Positions 8,600 through 18,822 of a stretch of DNA of 57,875 nt are shown here, piece after piece. How positions within the stretch are numbered: position 1 is the first letter of the stretch; each line of letters begins with the position of its first letter. The notes under the pieces were generated by a model. The model did not search any database, was not told where the DNA came from, and saw only the letters and a program-made list of their open reading frames with translations. The DNA lies in the IMG/VR virus record IMGVR_UViG_3300008459_000051, positions 1 to 57,875 of that record. One strand, 5' to 3'. The position numbers and the translations under genes were made by a program. Origin of the DNA: a virus. Its lineage: Duplodnaviria; Caudoviricetes.

Positions 8600-8943
8600 T
8601 AGGTATGCTCCTTGTGGTCACGCTGCTCCAGCAGGGTGACACGGACATTGATCGCCTGCATGTCCGCATCGAACTTGTCCAGCCGGCGCTCAATCTTGTT
8701 GCTCATCGTATCGATTCGGGAACTCAACACCCCGATCTTCTCTACTATCCCGTCCAACTTGGCGTCGAGGTGATCGCGACTCATCTTCATCACAGCCTCT
8801 CGACCCGCCTCGCTCTTCAGTGCCGCCAGCGCAGTTTCCTCAACCCACTGGCGCCCTTTGATGAGCGCAGCTACCATCGAGATCAGCCAGGTGACGACCC
8901 CCACCACAGCCAGAAGTTGTGCGTCTGTTGTCACTGCCGGCAT
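8599..8943 (-). CDS. TM plus coiled-coil protein (holin/XhlA-like architecture)
   Basis: N-terminal TM segment, heptad C-terminus ending RVTLLE. Confidence 0.55.
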   Translation of the reverse strand: MPAVTTDAQLLAVVGVVTWLISMVAALIKGRQWVEETALAALKSEAGREAVMKMSRDHLDAKLDGIVEKIGVLSSRIDTMSNKIERRLDKFDADMQAINVRVTLLEQRDHKEHT

Positions 8944-8996
8944 CGGTCTAACCCCTCGAAAACACACGTCCTGCTATTGGGTTTACCACGGTTCAA

Positions 8997-9392
8997 CTAA
9001 ACCAAAGGCATCAGCCGGAACGGTGATGCAGGGATCAAAACGTTCACATCTGAACCGTTTGTCAGCTTGATGTCGTAGACGTAACGGCCCCATGCCGAGT
9101 CGCGCATGGCGGTCGATGCCCAGGTAAACACTGCTGTCCCGGCCCCGAGCATGGGGGTCCATGTCCCGGAGAGCTGGGCCAGCGCAGGGAGATCCTCTGG
9201 CTTCTGCTTGATGGTCAGCGTGAGGGTGCCGACGGGGGTGACGGGAACACCGCTTCTGGTCACAGCCCGAAGGACCAGTTGGGCGGTAGTTCCCTTGGTG
9301 ATAGCCAACTCCACCCGAGGGTTCTCAGGCACGCTGGGATCAATGGGCTTGGTGCCGTCCTCTAGGACGCCGATCAGGTGGATGACTGCCAT
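8997..9392 (-). CDS. putative virion protein (BppU-like Ig fold)
   Basis: Beta-rich with GRYVYDIKL motif; follows fibre gene. Confidence 0.5.
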   Translation of the reverse strand: MAVIHLIGVLEDGTKPIDPSVPENPRVELAITKGTTAQLVLRAVTRSGVPVTPVGTLTLTIKQKPEDLPALAQLSGTWTPMLGAGTAVFTWASTAMRDSAWGRYVYDIKLTNGSDVNVLIPASPFRLMPLV

Positions 9393-9394
9393 GT

Positions 9395-11800
9395 TTAGCC
9401 TCGGAATCCAACCTCTGTCCAATACAGGGCATTGGAAGAGTCCTTCATGTATTGAAGCTCCAGCACGCCGTACTGCGGAATTACGCGGGAGTTTGCACCC
9501 AGCTTGAGCTTGGTGCCAGCCACATGCGGATCTGAGTTGAACGTCACCGTCGCCGCATGGCCGTTCACGATGACAACTCGCGTCCCTTCTGGAACTCCGA
9601 CAGTCTCAATTGACGGCACCGACTGCTGATTTACGGCGCCAATCGCCGGGATCACTCGGATGTTAGGGGATGAAACCGGAATGGTTTCGCCCGTAATGGT
9701 TCCAGAAGTCGCAAAGCTGTAGGTCGAGGGCGACAGCACAAGCCGTGTTGTCACGGTGCCGTTATCGCCAATGACGACGCTACCCTTGACGGTCGTAACC
9801 TGGCTGGTCCCGCCGATGGTCGTTGCGCCGCGAATAACATTGACCGAAGTAGTCTCGCCAAGCGTTGTGTCGCCTTTGATGGTGTTTTCTTTGCCGGTTG
9901 AGCCAATGAACACATCGCTGGCCGCAGGCCCGTTCGTAACGCCGGAATAGCCAATGTAGACCTGTCCCGACGTGCCTGCGCCCGCACCACCGCCGATGTA
10001 CACATTGCCGTTTGCGCCTACGCTTGATCCACCCGCCAGCTTGACATGCTGCCCGACTGCCGCGCTGCCACCTGCGATCAACTCGATGTTGCTCTTCTTG
10101 TTCACATCAGAGTTGCCGCCGTACATCGTAATAACGCCACCGGCAGATGAAGATGTGCCCGTTCCCGCCGTAAGTACGATGTTGCCGCCCTGTCCATTGA
10201 GCGTGGTGTTGTTGCCTGCCGTGATGGTGACTGCGCCGCCATCTGCTCCCGCACTGTTCTGGGTCGAGTTGCCTGCCGTGATGCTGATGGCACCTGCTTG
10301 GCCAGCATTTCCGCCGTTACCGGCCAGCAGCGCAACGCTACCGCCAGACATGCCGGCAGTAGCGCCATTCTGCCCTTGCAGCGTGGCAGATCCAGCGGAG
10401 AGAGAAGCTATGGTGCCAATACCGCCACCAAGGAGCAGTTTGCCACCAGGAGCCAGCGCACCAGTGCCGCCTGTGATGACAACATCGCCACCCAGCGTGT
10501 TTGAGTTGGTGTTGAATCCACCCGTGATGTTAACAGCGCCGCCAGCTGTTCCAGCAGTCGAGGATTGAGAAGTTCCTCCCTCAAGATAAAGCGCGCCTCC
10601 TGCCAATGTTTGACTGCGGCCCGCTCGAAATATCGCGGACGCCCCAACTGTATTTGCGCTAGTGCCTACGAACAGATTGAGCTCGCCAGCCGTAAGCCCG
10701 TCACCACTATAAATCTGAACAGTGCCGCCATCGCCAGCAGAAGATGCCCCAGCAAAAAGCTCGACACCGCCGCCAATCCCGCTCGCAAACGTAGTGTTGC
10801 CAGCGGTCAGTTGGATGGTCGTGCCATTTGCGCTTGTGCTGCCATCGGCAGCGAAGTTTACGTTAGTAAAGCCGCCATAAGGTGCGAGCTTAATCTCATT
10901 GGCGCTATCTGCTGCCAGCCCCGACGGGTTGGGATAGGTGCTGCTCGGATAGCCAAGCACACCACCTGCCGGCCCCACAGGAGCGCCCGAGGCGCCGCCC
11001 AAGCCAGAGATCCACAGGTCGTAAGTAGTGCCCCCCATCGCATGGGCAATCGTCCCGATCTGCCTGCTGTTAGTGCCCGGTGTAAGAGACAGCGCACCCG
11101 TGTCATCCACATAGACAGGATCGCCATCTAACCCGCCAGCGGCCAAGGTGACGCCTGAGATCGGACCCAGCGACATCACCCGAACGAGGTCTCCCAGCGA
11201 GGCGTTGGCTGCGCCAGCTACCGTCTCCAAGTAGACGCCCAACGTCCCGTAGAGGTGGTTCATATTGTTGGCGTAGGCCACCTCAAAGGACGGCACCGTG
11301 CGCTGCTGTGCCGGCAGCACGCCGATCTCGGTGGCGTCGGAGATGTGAACCACCTGAAGCGGGGTCAGAGGCTCCCCTGCCTTGCCGACGAGGATGCCGT
11401 TGTCCGTGAAGCGGGTGACCCTCTGAAGGATCTCGGACACAGCTGCGTTCGACCAGCCATTGTTGGAGTCGACCTCGATGGTCTCCCCTGCTGCCGGAAT
11501 GCGCGAGCGGGTCTCAAGCTCCAGAACTGATGCCACCACCTGATCGGTGGCCTCTCCTGCAAGCCCCGTGTTCACCACCAAGCGGATCAGGTAGCTGCCC
11601 TCCTTGGTCGGAGTGAACGCTGCTGTCGAAGCGGTGGGAGTGGCGAGTACGACTGGCGTGCCGGCAGGCTGGGAGAGGATCGTCCACTGCCAAGTGGTTA
11701 CGCCCGTGTTGTCGTTGTTGGAGAGGCTGACAAACGTATTGAGCGGCAGATCAGTATTGCTGCCGGGAGTGCTGTTGATCTGGATCTGTGCAGTTGCCAT
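9395..11800 (-). CDS. tail fibre/spike-like protein with Gly-rich repeats
   Basis: PKD-like N-terminus (WQWTILSQPAG...GSYLIRLVV); many GGxVxIxAG repeats; follows baseplate genes. Confidence 0.7.
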   Translation of the reverse strand: MATAQIQINSTPGSNTDLPLNTFVSLSNNDNTGVTTWQWTILSQPAGTPVVLATPTASTAAFTPTKEGSYLIRLVVNTGLAGEATDQVVASVLELETRSRIPAAGETIEVDSNNGWSNAAVSEILQRVTRFTDNGILVGKAGEPLTPLQVVHISDATEIGVLPAQQRTVPSFEVAYANNMNHLYGTLGVYLETVAGAANASLGDLVRVMSLGPISGVTLAAGGLDGDPVYVDDTGALSLTPGTNSRQIGTIAHAMGGTTYDLWISGLGGASGAPVGPAGGVLGYPSSTYPNPSGLAADSANEIKLAPYGGFTNVNFAADGSTSANGTTIQLTAGNTTFASGIGGGVELFAGASSAGDGGTVQIYSGDGLTAGELNLFVGTSANTVGASAIFRAGRSQTLAGGALYLEGGTSQSSTAGTAGGAVNITGGFNTNSNTLGGDVVITGGTGALAPGGKLLLGGGIGTIASLSAGSATLQGQNGATAGMSGGSVALLAGNGGNAGQAGAISITAGNSTQNSAGADGGAVTITAGNNTTLNGQGGNIVLTAGTGTSSSAGGVITMYGGNSDVNKKSNIELIAGGSAAVGQHVKLAGGSSVGANGNVYIGGGAGAGTSGQVYIGYSGVTNGPAASDVFIGSTGKENTIKGDTTLGETTSVNVIRGATTIGGTSQVTTVKGSVVIGDNGTVTTRLVLSPSTYSFATSGTITGETIPVSSPNIRVIPAIGAVNQQSVPSIETVGVPEGTRVVIVNGHAATVTFNSDPHVAGTKLKLGANSRVIPQYGVLELQYMKDSSNALYWTEVGFRG

Positions 11801-11812
11801 GGAACTCTCCGG

Positions 11813-13093
11813 TTAGACCGCAACCTTGACAAGAAAGCTGACATCTGCCGTCTGAACGGCTGGTCCAGTAGAGGTGAATCGAGACGGATCCGTTGCATAG
11901 ATGACGACAGGATCCGGTCCAAGGGTGGAGTCAGAATAGGCGTAGCCCACGCTAAACTGGATCTGATGCACGGTCTGCCCGACTGCCGCGAGAATCTGAG
12001 GGGATGTCAAAGATGCGTTTGCAAGCAGCGACTTCCCAGCAGCAGTCAATGAGGCGTTGCGGGTTCGCAGCTGAGTGGCCACAAGCATCGGCGCGCCATA
12101 AGTAGTGTACGAACCACCTGACAAAACCGACAACGGAGCATAAGGCGTAAAGAACGCCGTTATGTCGGTAATCGTAGGCGGGCCGAGAATCGTCAGCAGG
12201 TACTGGTTCTGAAATCCGTTAGACGTATCTTTGGAGACCGTGCATCGGATGCCAGCCGGTGCCTTGATGCGAACATTGCTGAGTTGCTGAGTTGTGGAGC
12301 TATAAGAGTCCGCACCCCCGATTGTAAAGCTGCCAGTAATGTCAATCTGAGCTTGAGGTGTGAGGCGGGGGCGCCAATCCGCAATAAGCCCCGAGTTAAC
12401 AAACGTCGCATTGGGGCCAACATTGATCACAGCGATGGCCACATAGCCTGAGTCCGTGCTGGGGATTGGCGCATTCAAGAAGTCTGCATCTGTGCTGTAT
12501 GCAACCAGAACGCCGCTGCGATAGACAATGCTGGCCGTGGGCGCAGTGAGGCTGCCTGCCGGAATGTACTGGACCGCATCGTTGACTAGGTCAAACGTCA
12601 TGGTCTTGTTGATAGTCTGAGGCGTGAACACCCCCGAGGCCGTGCTGTAGACATCCGAAAGTGTGGCATCCGTCAGAGCCCGGTTGTAGCGGACTTCAAT
12701 CAGATCCCGGCGGCAGAAGCCTGTTAACGGCTGATTGGGCACCGTCACTACATGGCTGCCTGAGAGCAGCAGCGGCTTGTAGTAGGACAGGTCGTTCAGC
12801 CCAACAACGCCACCAACCGCAGAGGTTGTATCGTTCGTCGCCTGAAAGCCAATGCCTTGAGCAATCGTCACGTCCATGCTGGCAGGGCTGGTCGGCTCCA
12901 CCACAAAGCCGCGACCAACAAACCCCGTCTGAGCCGTGGCCGTAACGACATCTGCCCCATCCGACATGGCATAGGCGCGAAACAGGTAGTCGCGCAGGTC
13001 ACGATGCAACTCCGACTGAGCTGCGTTGATGTCGCTGGACTTGGGGCGCTCCAGCGGGTTGATGATCGTCGTATCGAAGGGCTGGTTAGCCAT
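11813..13093 (-). CDS. tail/baseplate-proximal fibre protein
   Basis: 426 aa, beta-rich, RRDLI motif; position after wedge genes. Confidence 0.6.
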   Translation of the reverse strand: MANQPFDTTIINPLERPKSSDINAAQSELHRDLRDYLFRAYAMSDGADVVTATAQTGFVGRGFVVEPTSPASMDVTIAQGIGFQATNDTTSAVGGVVGLNDLSYYKPLLLSGSHVVTVPNQPLTGFCRRDLIEVRYNRALTDATLSDVYSTASGVFTPQTINKTMTFDLVNDAVQYIPAGSLTAPTASIVYRSGVLVAYSTDADFLNAPIPSTDSGYVAIAVINVGPNATFVNSGLIADWRPRLTPQAQIDITGSFTIGGADSYSSTTQQLSNVRIKAPAGIRCTVSKDTSNGFQNQYLLTILGPPTITDITAFFTPYAPLSVLSGGSYTTYGAPMLVATQLRTRNASLTAAGKSLLANASLTSPQILAAVGQTVHQIQFSVGYAYSDSTLGPDPVVIYATDPSRFTSTGPAVQTADVSFLVKVAV

Positions 13094-13107
13094 ACAGGAA
13101 CGCTCCG

Positions 13108-14160
13108 TTAGTCGAGGATGTAGTTGATGGTGATGCCGGCAGGACGTGAACTCTCAAGGTTCTGCGCCATGCCAGCATAGGTGGGGAACAGAAGCGACAG
13201 GTTGGGCAAGCCGACATAGAACGCACCCCGATCTGAGACATCCCCATACCACCGATTGGCCAACTGGTCAGGGACGTAGGGCTGGTCCAGATCCCACACG
13301 AAGATGTTGCCGTTAAACGCAGGCACCACCACGTTCAGCGCAGCTTGGGTCAGCGTCAGATTGATCGGGAAGTCCCATGCCGTCATCAGACGGAGATCCC
13401 AGATCTCCCGGTAGATGTATTCCTGCCCTGCCGCATGGACCAAAGCCCCAATGGACTCATCAATGATCCGCCGCATGGCCGCAGGCGTAACCGTATCGGG
13501 CAGGGTCATCATGCGGCTGCGGTAGGCTGCATCTGTCTCCCCAACAGTGCGGGGCAGTCCTCGATCATAGCCAAGGCCATCCAGCATGGGCGCAGAGCCG
13601 CCGGTCATGGGCGTGGCTTGGCGCACCTTCAGGCTGGCGTCGAAATAGACAGGTGCTGAAACCAGCGGCGTGACCACCACAGAGACAGGACCAGGGACCA
13701 GCTCCCCTCCCGCCGAGGTGAACGGCCCCGGCTGGTCATACAGCCAGCCCCGAACCAGCGCCTGCACTCCCACCGAGTAGGGGCCAACATCCGTTCCAGA
13801 GGTAAACGAAACAGGTGCCAAGGTGGCGTAGAGATAGCCATCTGCCGTGCCAACAATGGTACCTGCCTCCACCGTAATGGCAGAGCCAAGAGTCGAGTCG
13901 CGGTACAGCTCGACGGTGCCGGTGGAGTAGCTGCCCCCAGTTGCGCTGCGGATGTACTGGCCCGTGCCGACATGGGCAATAGCCTGCGACACCCGCGCAG
14001 TCATCATCGCCACAGCTTGCAGGAACTCGTATCCCGGCCCCGGATCTTTGATCGGTGCCAGATAGTGCTGCGGCAGGATGCGATCAAAGAGCGCCAGCAT
14101 CTCCGCTTGAGAGAAGCTGGGCAGATCAGGCAGCGGCGATGATGCGGACGAGTAGCCCAT
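13108..14160 (-). CDS. baseplate wedge protein
   Basis: LDGLGYDRGLPRTVGETDAAYRSR and terminal RPAGI motifs. Confidence 0.7.
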   Translation of the reverse strand: MGYSSASSPLPDLPSFSQAEMLALFDRILPQHYLAPIKDPGPGYEFLQAVAMMTARVSQAIAHVGTGQYIRSATGGSYSTGTVELYRDSTLGSAITVEAGTIVGTADGYLYATLAPVSFTSGTDVGPYSVGVQALVRGWLYDQPGPFTSAGGELVPGPVSVVVTPLVSAPVYFDASLKVRQATPMTGGSAPMLDGLGYDRGLPRTVGETDAAYRSRMMTLPDTVTPAAMRRIIDESIGALVHAAGQEYIYREIWDLRLMTAWDFPINLTLTQAALNVVVPAFNGNIFVWDLDQPYVPDQLANRWYGDVSDRGAFYVGLPNLSLLFPTYAGMAQNLESSRPAGITINYILD

Positions 14161-14163
14161 GCT

Positions 14164-15396
14164 TTAGCCCCACTGCACCGCGTCAGGGTTGGTGTAGTTG
14201 CCGATGGGCGTTCCGGGGTTGCTGCTGGACGCCTGCACGATGGCGAGGTTGGCGCGCAGCACTTCCAGAGGCGAAGTGACCACCGTGCCCGAGGGCGAAA
14301 CAATCGTCTGCCTGACGTTAGCAGCCTGATCCGCCGTCGAGGGAAGCACCAGCCCCGACACACCTTGCAGTGCTTGAAAGAGCGCCAGCGGCGTCAGGTC
14401 ATCCCCAGGGTTCAGGTTGTTGATGACGTTGACACAAGCTGCCCGAGCGTTGACGGCCACCTGGTCGATGTTCACGCCTGCGTTGAATGACAGGGAGAGC
14501 TGCACCGGCTGGAGGATCACCTTGGCGACCTGCACCTGCACGAAGATCCCCGCAGGGCGGTAATCCTCCAAGGCGTTAAACACAGTCTGCGCCAGCACTG
14601 CTGACTGCGCCTCATAGGCGGGAGGATTCACGCCCAGATCCGCTAGCGTGTCCGTGTACTGATCTGCGATGACCAGATAGACCAGCTTGTTGCCGCGCCC
14701 TTGGCTGTCGAGTGCTTCATAAGCAGAAGCGCGAACAACCCCCGGCACCGTCAAGGCGCCCTGCACCAAGGCAGCCAAGGTGCCGCGCCTTGCCGTCGTA
14801 AAGAAGGCCCGACCACGCTCGCGGAAGTCCGTGTCGCTCTCTCGATCAGATGCGCCAAAGGTGGCAATCGGATTGGTGGCTGACAGGTTGGCCGGCGCAC
14901 CGGGAATGGTGCTCTCGATGTTGGTGATCGTGCCGATGGCTGCCTGCTGATCCGCTCCAGCCAGAAGGCTCCTCACCCCAACAAAGACTGGACCCGTCCC
15001 GCCAGCAAGAAACGTCTCGTTCTGCACCGTGGCAAAGCGGGTGCCTGCCGAGGTGGAGAGGATGGTGCCAACCGGGATGGTGAACGGTGAAGGGTTGGTA
15101 GACGCCGTGGTGAACTGCACGCTGCCCGTAGCGGCTGCTGCCACCTTGCGGGTCAGGCCGTAACGATCAGCCAGCAGGCGGTCCAGAGCCTCTCCAGTGG
15201 CGCTGTCGAGGTAGAGCCCCGCAGTCACATTGGAGAGCTGGCCCATCACCTCATCAGCGGCTGCCGTGGCAGCTGCAACAAGGATGTTGGCGTCGGAGCC
15301 GTCACGATCAATGGCCCCACGGGTCAGCTGTGGATTGCGTGCCAGAGCCTCGTTGCGGGCCGTGCGAAACAGAGTCGAAAAGCTAGGAAAGTCCAC
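14164..15396 (-). CDS. baseplate J-like protein
   Basis: ATGEALD...YGLTRK, IPVGT, ESDTDFRER, VPGV motifs. Confidence 0.9.
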   Translation of the reverse strand: MDFPSFSTLFRTARNEALARNPQLTRGAIDRDGSDANILVAAATAAADEVMGQLSNVTAGLYLDSATGEALDRLLADRYGLTRKVAAAATGSVQFTTASTNPSPFTIPVGTILSTSAGTRFATVQNETFLAGGTGPVFVGVRSLLAGADQQAAIGTITNIESTIPGAPANLSATNPIATFGASDRESDTDFRERGRAFFTTARRGTLAALVQGALTVPGVVRASAYEALDSQGRGNKLVYLVIADQYTDTLADLGVNPPAYEAQSAVLAQTVFNALEDYRPAGIFVQVQVAKVILQPVQLSLSFNAGVNIDQVAVNARAACVNVINNLNPGDDLTPLALFQALQGVSGLVLPSTADQAANVRQTIVSPSGTVVTSPLEVLRANLAIVQASSSNPGTPIGNYTNPDAVQWG

Positions 15397-15404
15397 CGCT
15401 CACC

Positions 15405-16235
15405 TCACAGCTGGACGACGCCCGTAGGCACCGCCATCGCAACCGCAACCTGCTGTCCCGTGGTTCGCATCCGAACCTTCACGCCGATATTCAGCGTTCC
15501 AGCGGACGCAGCATACGACAAGCTGGCTTTAACTTCCGCGACTTCTGGCTCTTCTGCCACCTGCATCTCAATAGCCTTTGCCAGCTTGCGAAGATCCACC
15601 ACCGGCAGCGGCTCCTTCTCTCTCAGACCCACTCCGTACTTGGGCAGATGGAAGAAGTCGCCAGGCTTACTTACCACACGACGAATAATCAGCTTCTGGA
15701 GCAGCTCCGGTCCTGACTGCGTGACGTAATCGCCAGCAGAGGAGATCTGAAGCGTGCCGCCAACGTAGTCCTGAATGGCCGTCGGCTTGTTCGCCAGATC
15801 CGACAGGGCATAACCAGAAGCTGCCGTCCGAGTGTCATGCGTGGCGTCATTGGAGGCATAAGCCCCCTTGAACGTGGCGGACAGCGCAGGAAACGGCACG
15901 CTGTTGGAGTCCAGCAGGGTGCTGGTTGCCAACTGCATGTCCACCAGAGCCGATGCAAAACTCTGGAGGGTCAGGATGTTGTAGGTGAAGGCGTCGACCA
16001 TCTCGACCGCGATGGGCGTCAGCACCCGTCCCGTCGAGACAACCGTGATGCTCCACGTCGAGGGGTTCAGAGCATCCCCTGCGCCAGTGGATGCCAAGTG
16101 CAGCGGCTCCACAGACAGCACCACCTGCACCACGCGATCACTCACCGCAACGACGCGGGTGAACTCCATGGGAGGCGGCGGGGTTGCGTAGCCGTAAAGC
16201 CCTGTGCCGTAGGGCGCTATGCCGTAGCCACTCAC
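15405..16235 (-). CDS. baseplate protein with C-terminal gp25/W-like domain
   Basis: KPGDFFHLPKYGVGL...EEPEV; synteny between spike and J. Confidence 0.7.
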   Translation of the reverse strand: MSGYGIAPYGTGLYGYATPPPPMEFTRVVAVSDRVVQVVLSVEPLHLASTGAGDALNPSTWSITVVSTGRVLTPIAVEMVDAFTYNILTLQSFASALVDMQLATSTLLDSNSVPFPALSATFKGAYASNDATHDTRTAASGYALSDLANKPTAIQDYVGGTLQISSAGDYVTQSGPELLQKLIIRRVVSKPGDFFHLPKYGVGLREKEPLPVVDLRKLAKAIEMQVAEEPEVAEVKASLSYAASAGTLNIGVKVRMRTTGQQVAVAMAVPTGVVQL

Positions 16236-16933
16236 GATGCCACCACCTTGTCTGAAGCTGCGTCGATCTTGCCGGAAAGCTGGAGAGGGCCACCCAGCGC
16301 CGTCGCTGTTGTGCCGCCAACAAGCGTCAGCGCAACGCTTTGCGGGATGCCACCGGAAGGCGTGTAAGTGAATGTCACTAGCGGGCCAACGGCAGTGATT
16401 CCGAATGTCCCGTTCGCAGTGGTGTCATCCAGCCGAGCCACTCCCTTGGTGGCGCTCTCGCTCCCCAACTTCACCTTGCCGTCCTCGGCAGCGATCACCA
16501 CGTTGCCGGCCCCCTGCACGTTCAAGCGCAGGTTCTTGCCTGACTCAACGACAAGGGTCACGTCCTCGGGGTTATCTGCCACAGCCTGCGGAGGAGGATC
16601 TGCCGGCGACCACAGTCGCTGAGAGATCACCAGCCCCTGATCGGGATCACCTGAAGGGGCCAGCACCAGCACCTCATCATCAGCGTGCAGGGGCATGTAG
16701 AGGCCGAACCCGTTGCCAGCATAGGCAGCGCCCACCCGTGCCGTCTCTTGATCCCCAGAGGGCAGCAGCGTCACGTCCACCAGCACGTCCTGCTGTCCGT
16801 TTCGCATCTCCACATAGGGCTCGCTGGTCAGCACGCCATAGGAGATCCAGATGCGCGGATCAATCCCTGGGCGGCTGAGAGCGTTCGCCATGCGGGCCAT
16901 ATCGAACCCGGTTGTCACCCTTGAGCGCAGCAT
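16232..16933 (-). CDS. baseplate central spike (gpV-like)
   Basis: YAGNGFGLYMPL..DDEVLV..PSGDP OB-fold pattern, VARLDD. Confidence 0.75.
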   Translation of the reverse strand: MLRSRVTTGFDMARMANALSRPGIDPRIWISYGVLTSEPYVEMRNGQQDVLVDVTLLPSGDQETARVGAAYAGNGFGLYMPLHADDEVLVLAPSGDPDQGLVISQRLWSPADPPPQAVADNPEDVTLVVESGKNLRLNVQGAGNVVIAAEDGKVKLGSESATKGVARLDDTTANGTFGITAVGPLVTFTYTPSGGIPQSVALTLVGGTTATALGGPLQLSGKIDAASDKVVAS

Positions 16934-16935
16934 GG

Positions 16936-18822
16936 TTACTTCCTCGGCCTTGTGGAGGACACCACGTTCTTGATCCGCTGCTGCTGAGTTGCCAGCGGCG
17001 TCGGGCGGGTCACCCCGTTGCGGACCTCGACGTAGTTGTGGAAGTCAAACGCCACTGAGATGCCTGATCCAATGTCCCAATCCAGCTTCACGTTGTTCAC
17101 GCGAAACGTGTTCTGGATCTGAAGCAGATAGCCTCGACGGGTGGCCACCACGATGCGGGCCAAGTTCACATCTCCCATGCGCTGGGCAACTGCTTGGATC
17201 TCCTCTTCCAGAGACAGCTGATTCTGCTGCACCAAAGGAGCCACAGCAGGAGCACGAGCGGACAAGGGTCGCGCCTCAAACGCCAAGGTCATGCCGTCGC
17301 CAGGGCGAAGGCCCAGAAGGTCAGGATCTTCATTGCCAGCGCCAAAGGATGCCAGCGAACGGGTCTTGACCTTGCCCCCCATCTCGCCGCGCATGATCTC
17401 CTCGTACAGCTCCTCTGCAATAGCCTGAAGCTCCCGCTGATCCGTGATGCCCTTGACCTCAATAGTCAGCACCTCCTGATCGCCCTTCTTGCCCTTGGGC
17501 GGAAGGCCGGATCGAGCAGCCGCTTTGTTGTCCTTGGAGATCGCCTGAGTCAGATCAAAAGGCTCTGCCATTCCCGGCAGCTTGAAGTGCGGCTGGCGAT
17601 CCGTGGAGATTGCTTGCAGGAGGCGCCCAGAGCCTCGGGCGGTGCTGGAGGGGTTATAGGAGATCGCCCTCACCGCTCGCGGGGTGATGCCCGTGTACTT
17701 CCGCTCCAGCGTCATCTCTTCAATGCTGCGACCATAGACCAGCCTCCGAACGTTGATCGGCTTGGCCTCTCCAATGTCCCGAGGGCCATCATTAAACGGC
17801 GACGGGATGTACTGACTGTTCGACTCTGAGGGCAGGCGCTGCTGATCGTAAAGGGTGCGCGCAGGGCGAATATAGATACTGGGCATCAGTTGCGCGAGAG
17901 GCGGCGGACCTTTTCCGCTACCGCCCGTACCAGCCCGACGATCCGGCATGATCGCAAAGTAGGGAACCGCATGGACCAGATAGCAGTAGCGGGTCACAAG
18001 ATCCCAGAAGTTCAGCTTGCTGATGTCAGCACCAGGAGATGCCTTCACATTCTTGCCATTCGCCCCTCGACGCACCCGAGGGCGCTTCAAGACCAACTCA
18101 TCCAAGTTGTCGAGGCTGGGAATCACGCCATTCGGCCACTCGTAGTCCGCAGCGGGATAGGCTTGAATGCCTCCACGCCAAGGCAAGCAATCAATGATCT
18201 GCTGCACCACCTCATGGATAGGGCGCTTGAGATCTATGCCAGCCACCAGCTCCGGGGTGATCGGGGTGTTCAGGAACAGGCCGGTCATGTCGCGGCCTTC
18301 TATGGTCACCTCGCTGCCCCGTGCCGTGTGCGAAACATGCCAGCTATCCACCATGCCCTGAAGGACAAGGTTGCCCGGCTTTCGCAGGTTCCGTGTGAGC
18401 ATGCTGGTGCGCTCACCATTCGGGGGCTTGACCTGCGTGACTCCATCAGCCCAAGTGTTGGCCTCGATGGAGTCCATGTAGATCTCGACGCCCACCGAAC
18501 GGACAATGCGCGGATCTATCGGCAGATCCTTGTAGTCGAAGGTCAAGTTGAACTTGCCCGCCTGTCGATAAGCAGGGATCTCCACACTGGCCTTCTTCGG
18601 CACCCGTCCCGTGTAACCAACCCCGCTCTCGGTCTGCATGCCGCCAAGGATCTGCGCCACTGGCGAGGGGAGCGCCCCTACGAAGGTCTGATCGACTAGC
18701 GTGTTGACGTTGAAGTCCTGAATCCCCTGCTGCGTGAGAGTCAACGTCTCATCGAACCTGATGCGAAGGTTCACCACGCAGGAGGGGTAGTAGGTAGCTC
18801 CAAGCGGCACGCCAGTCGCCAT
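16936..18822 (-). CDS. baseplate hub protein (gpD/gp44-like)
   Basis: VTIEGRDMTGLF and LRPGD motifs; synteny. Confidence 0.7.
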   Translation of the reverse strand: MATGVPLGATYYPSCVVNLRIRFDETLTLTQQGIQDFNVNTLVDQTFVGALPSPVAQILGGMQTESGVGYTGRVPKKASVEIPAYRQAGKFNLTFDYKDLPIDPRIVRSVGVEIYMDSIEANTWADGVTQVKPPNGERTSMLTRNLRKPGNLVLQGMVDSWHVSHTARGSEVTIEGRDMTGLFLNTPITPELVAGIDLKRPIHEVVQQIIDCLPWRGGIQAYPAADYEWPNGVIPSLDNLDELVLKRPRVRRGANGKNVKASPGADISKLNFWDLVTRYCYLVHAVPYFAIMPDRRAGTGGSGKGPPPLAQLMPSIYIRPARTLYDQQRLPSESNSQYIPSPFNDGPRDIGEAKPINVRRLVYGRSIEEMTLERKYTGITPRAVRAISYNPSSTARGSGRLLQAISTDRQPHFKLPGMAEPFDLTQAISKDNKAAARSGLPPKGKKGDQEVLTIEVKGITDQRELQAIAEELYEEIMRGEMGGKVKTRSLASFGAGNEDPDLLGLRPGDGMTLAFEARPLSARAPAVAPLVQQNQLSLEEEIQAVAQRMGDVNLARIVVATRRGYLLQIQNTFRVNNVKLDWDIGSGISVAFDFHNYVEVRNGVTRPTPLATQQQRIKNVVSSTRPRK

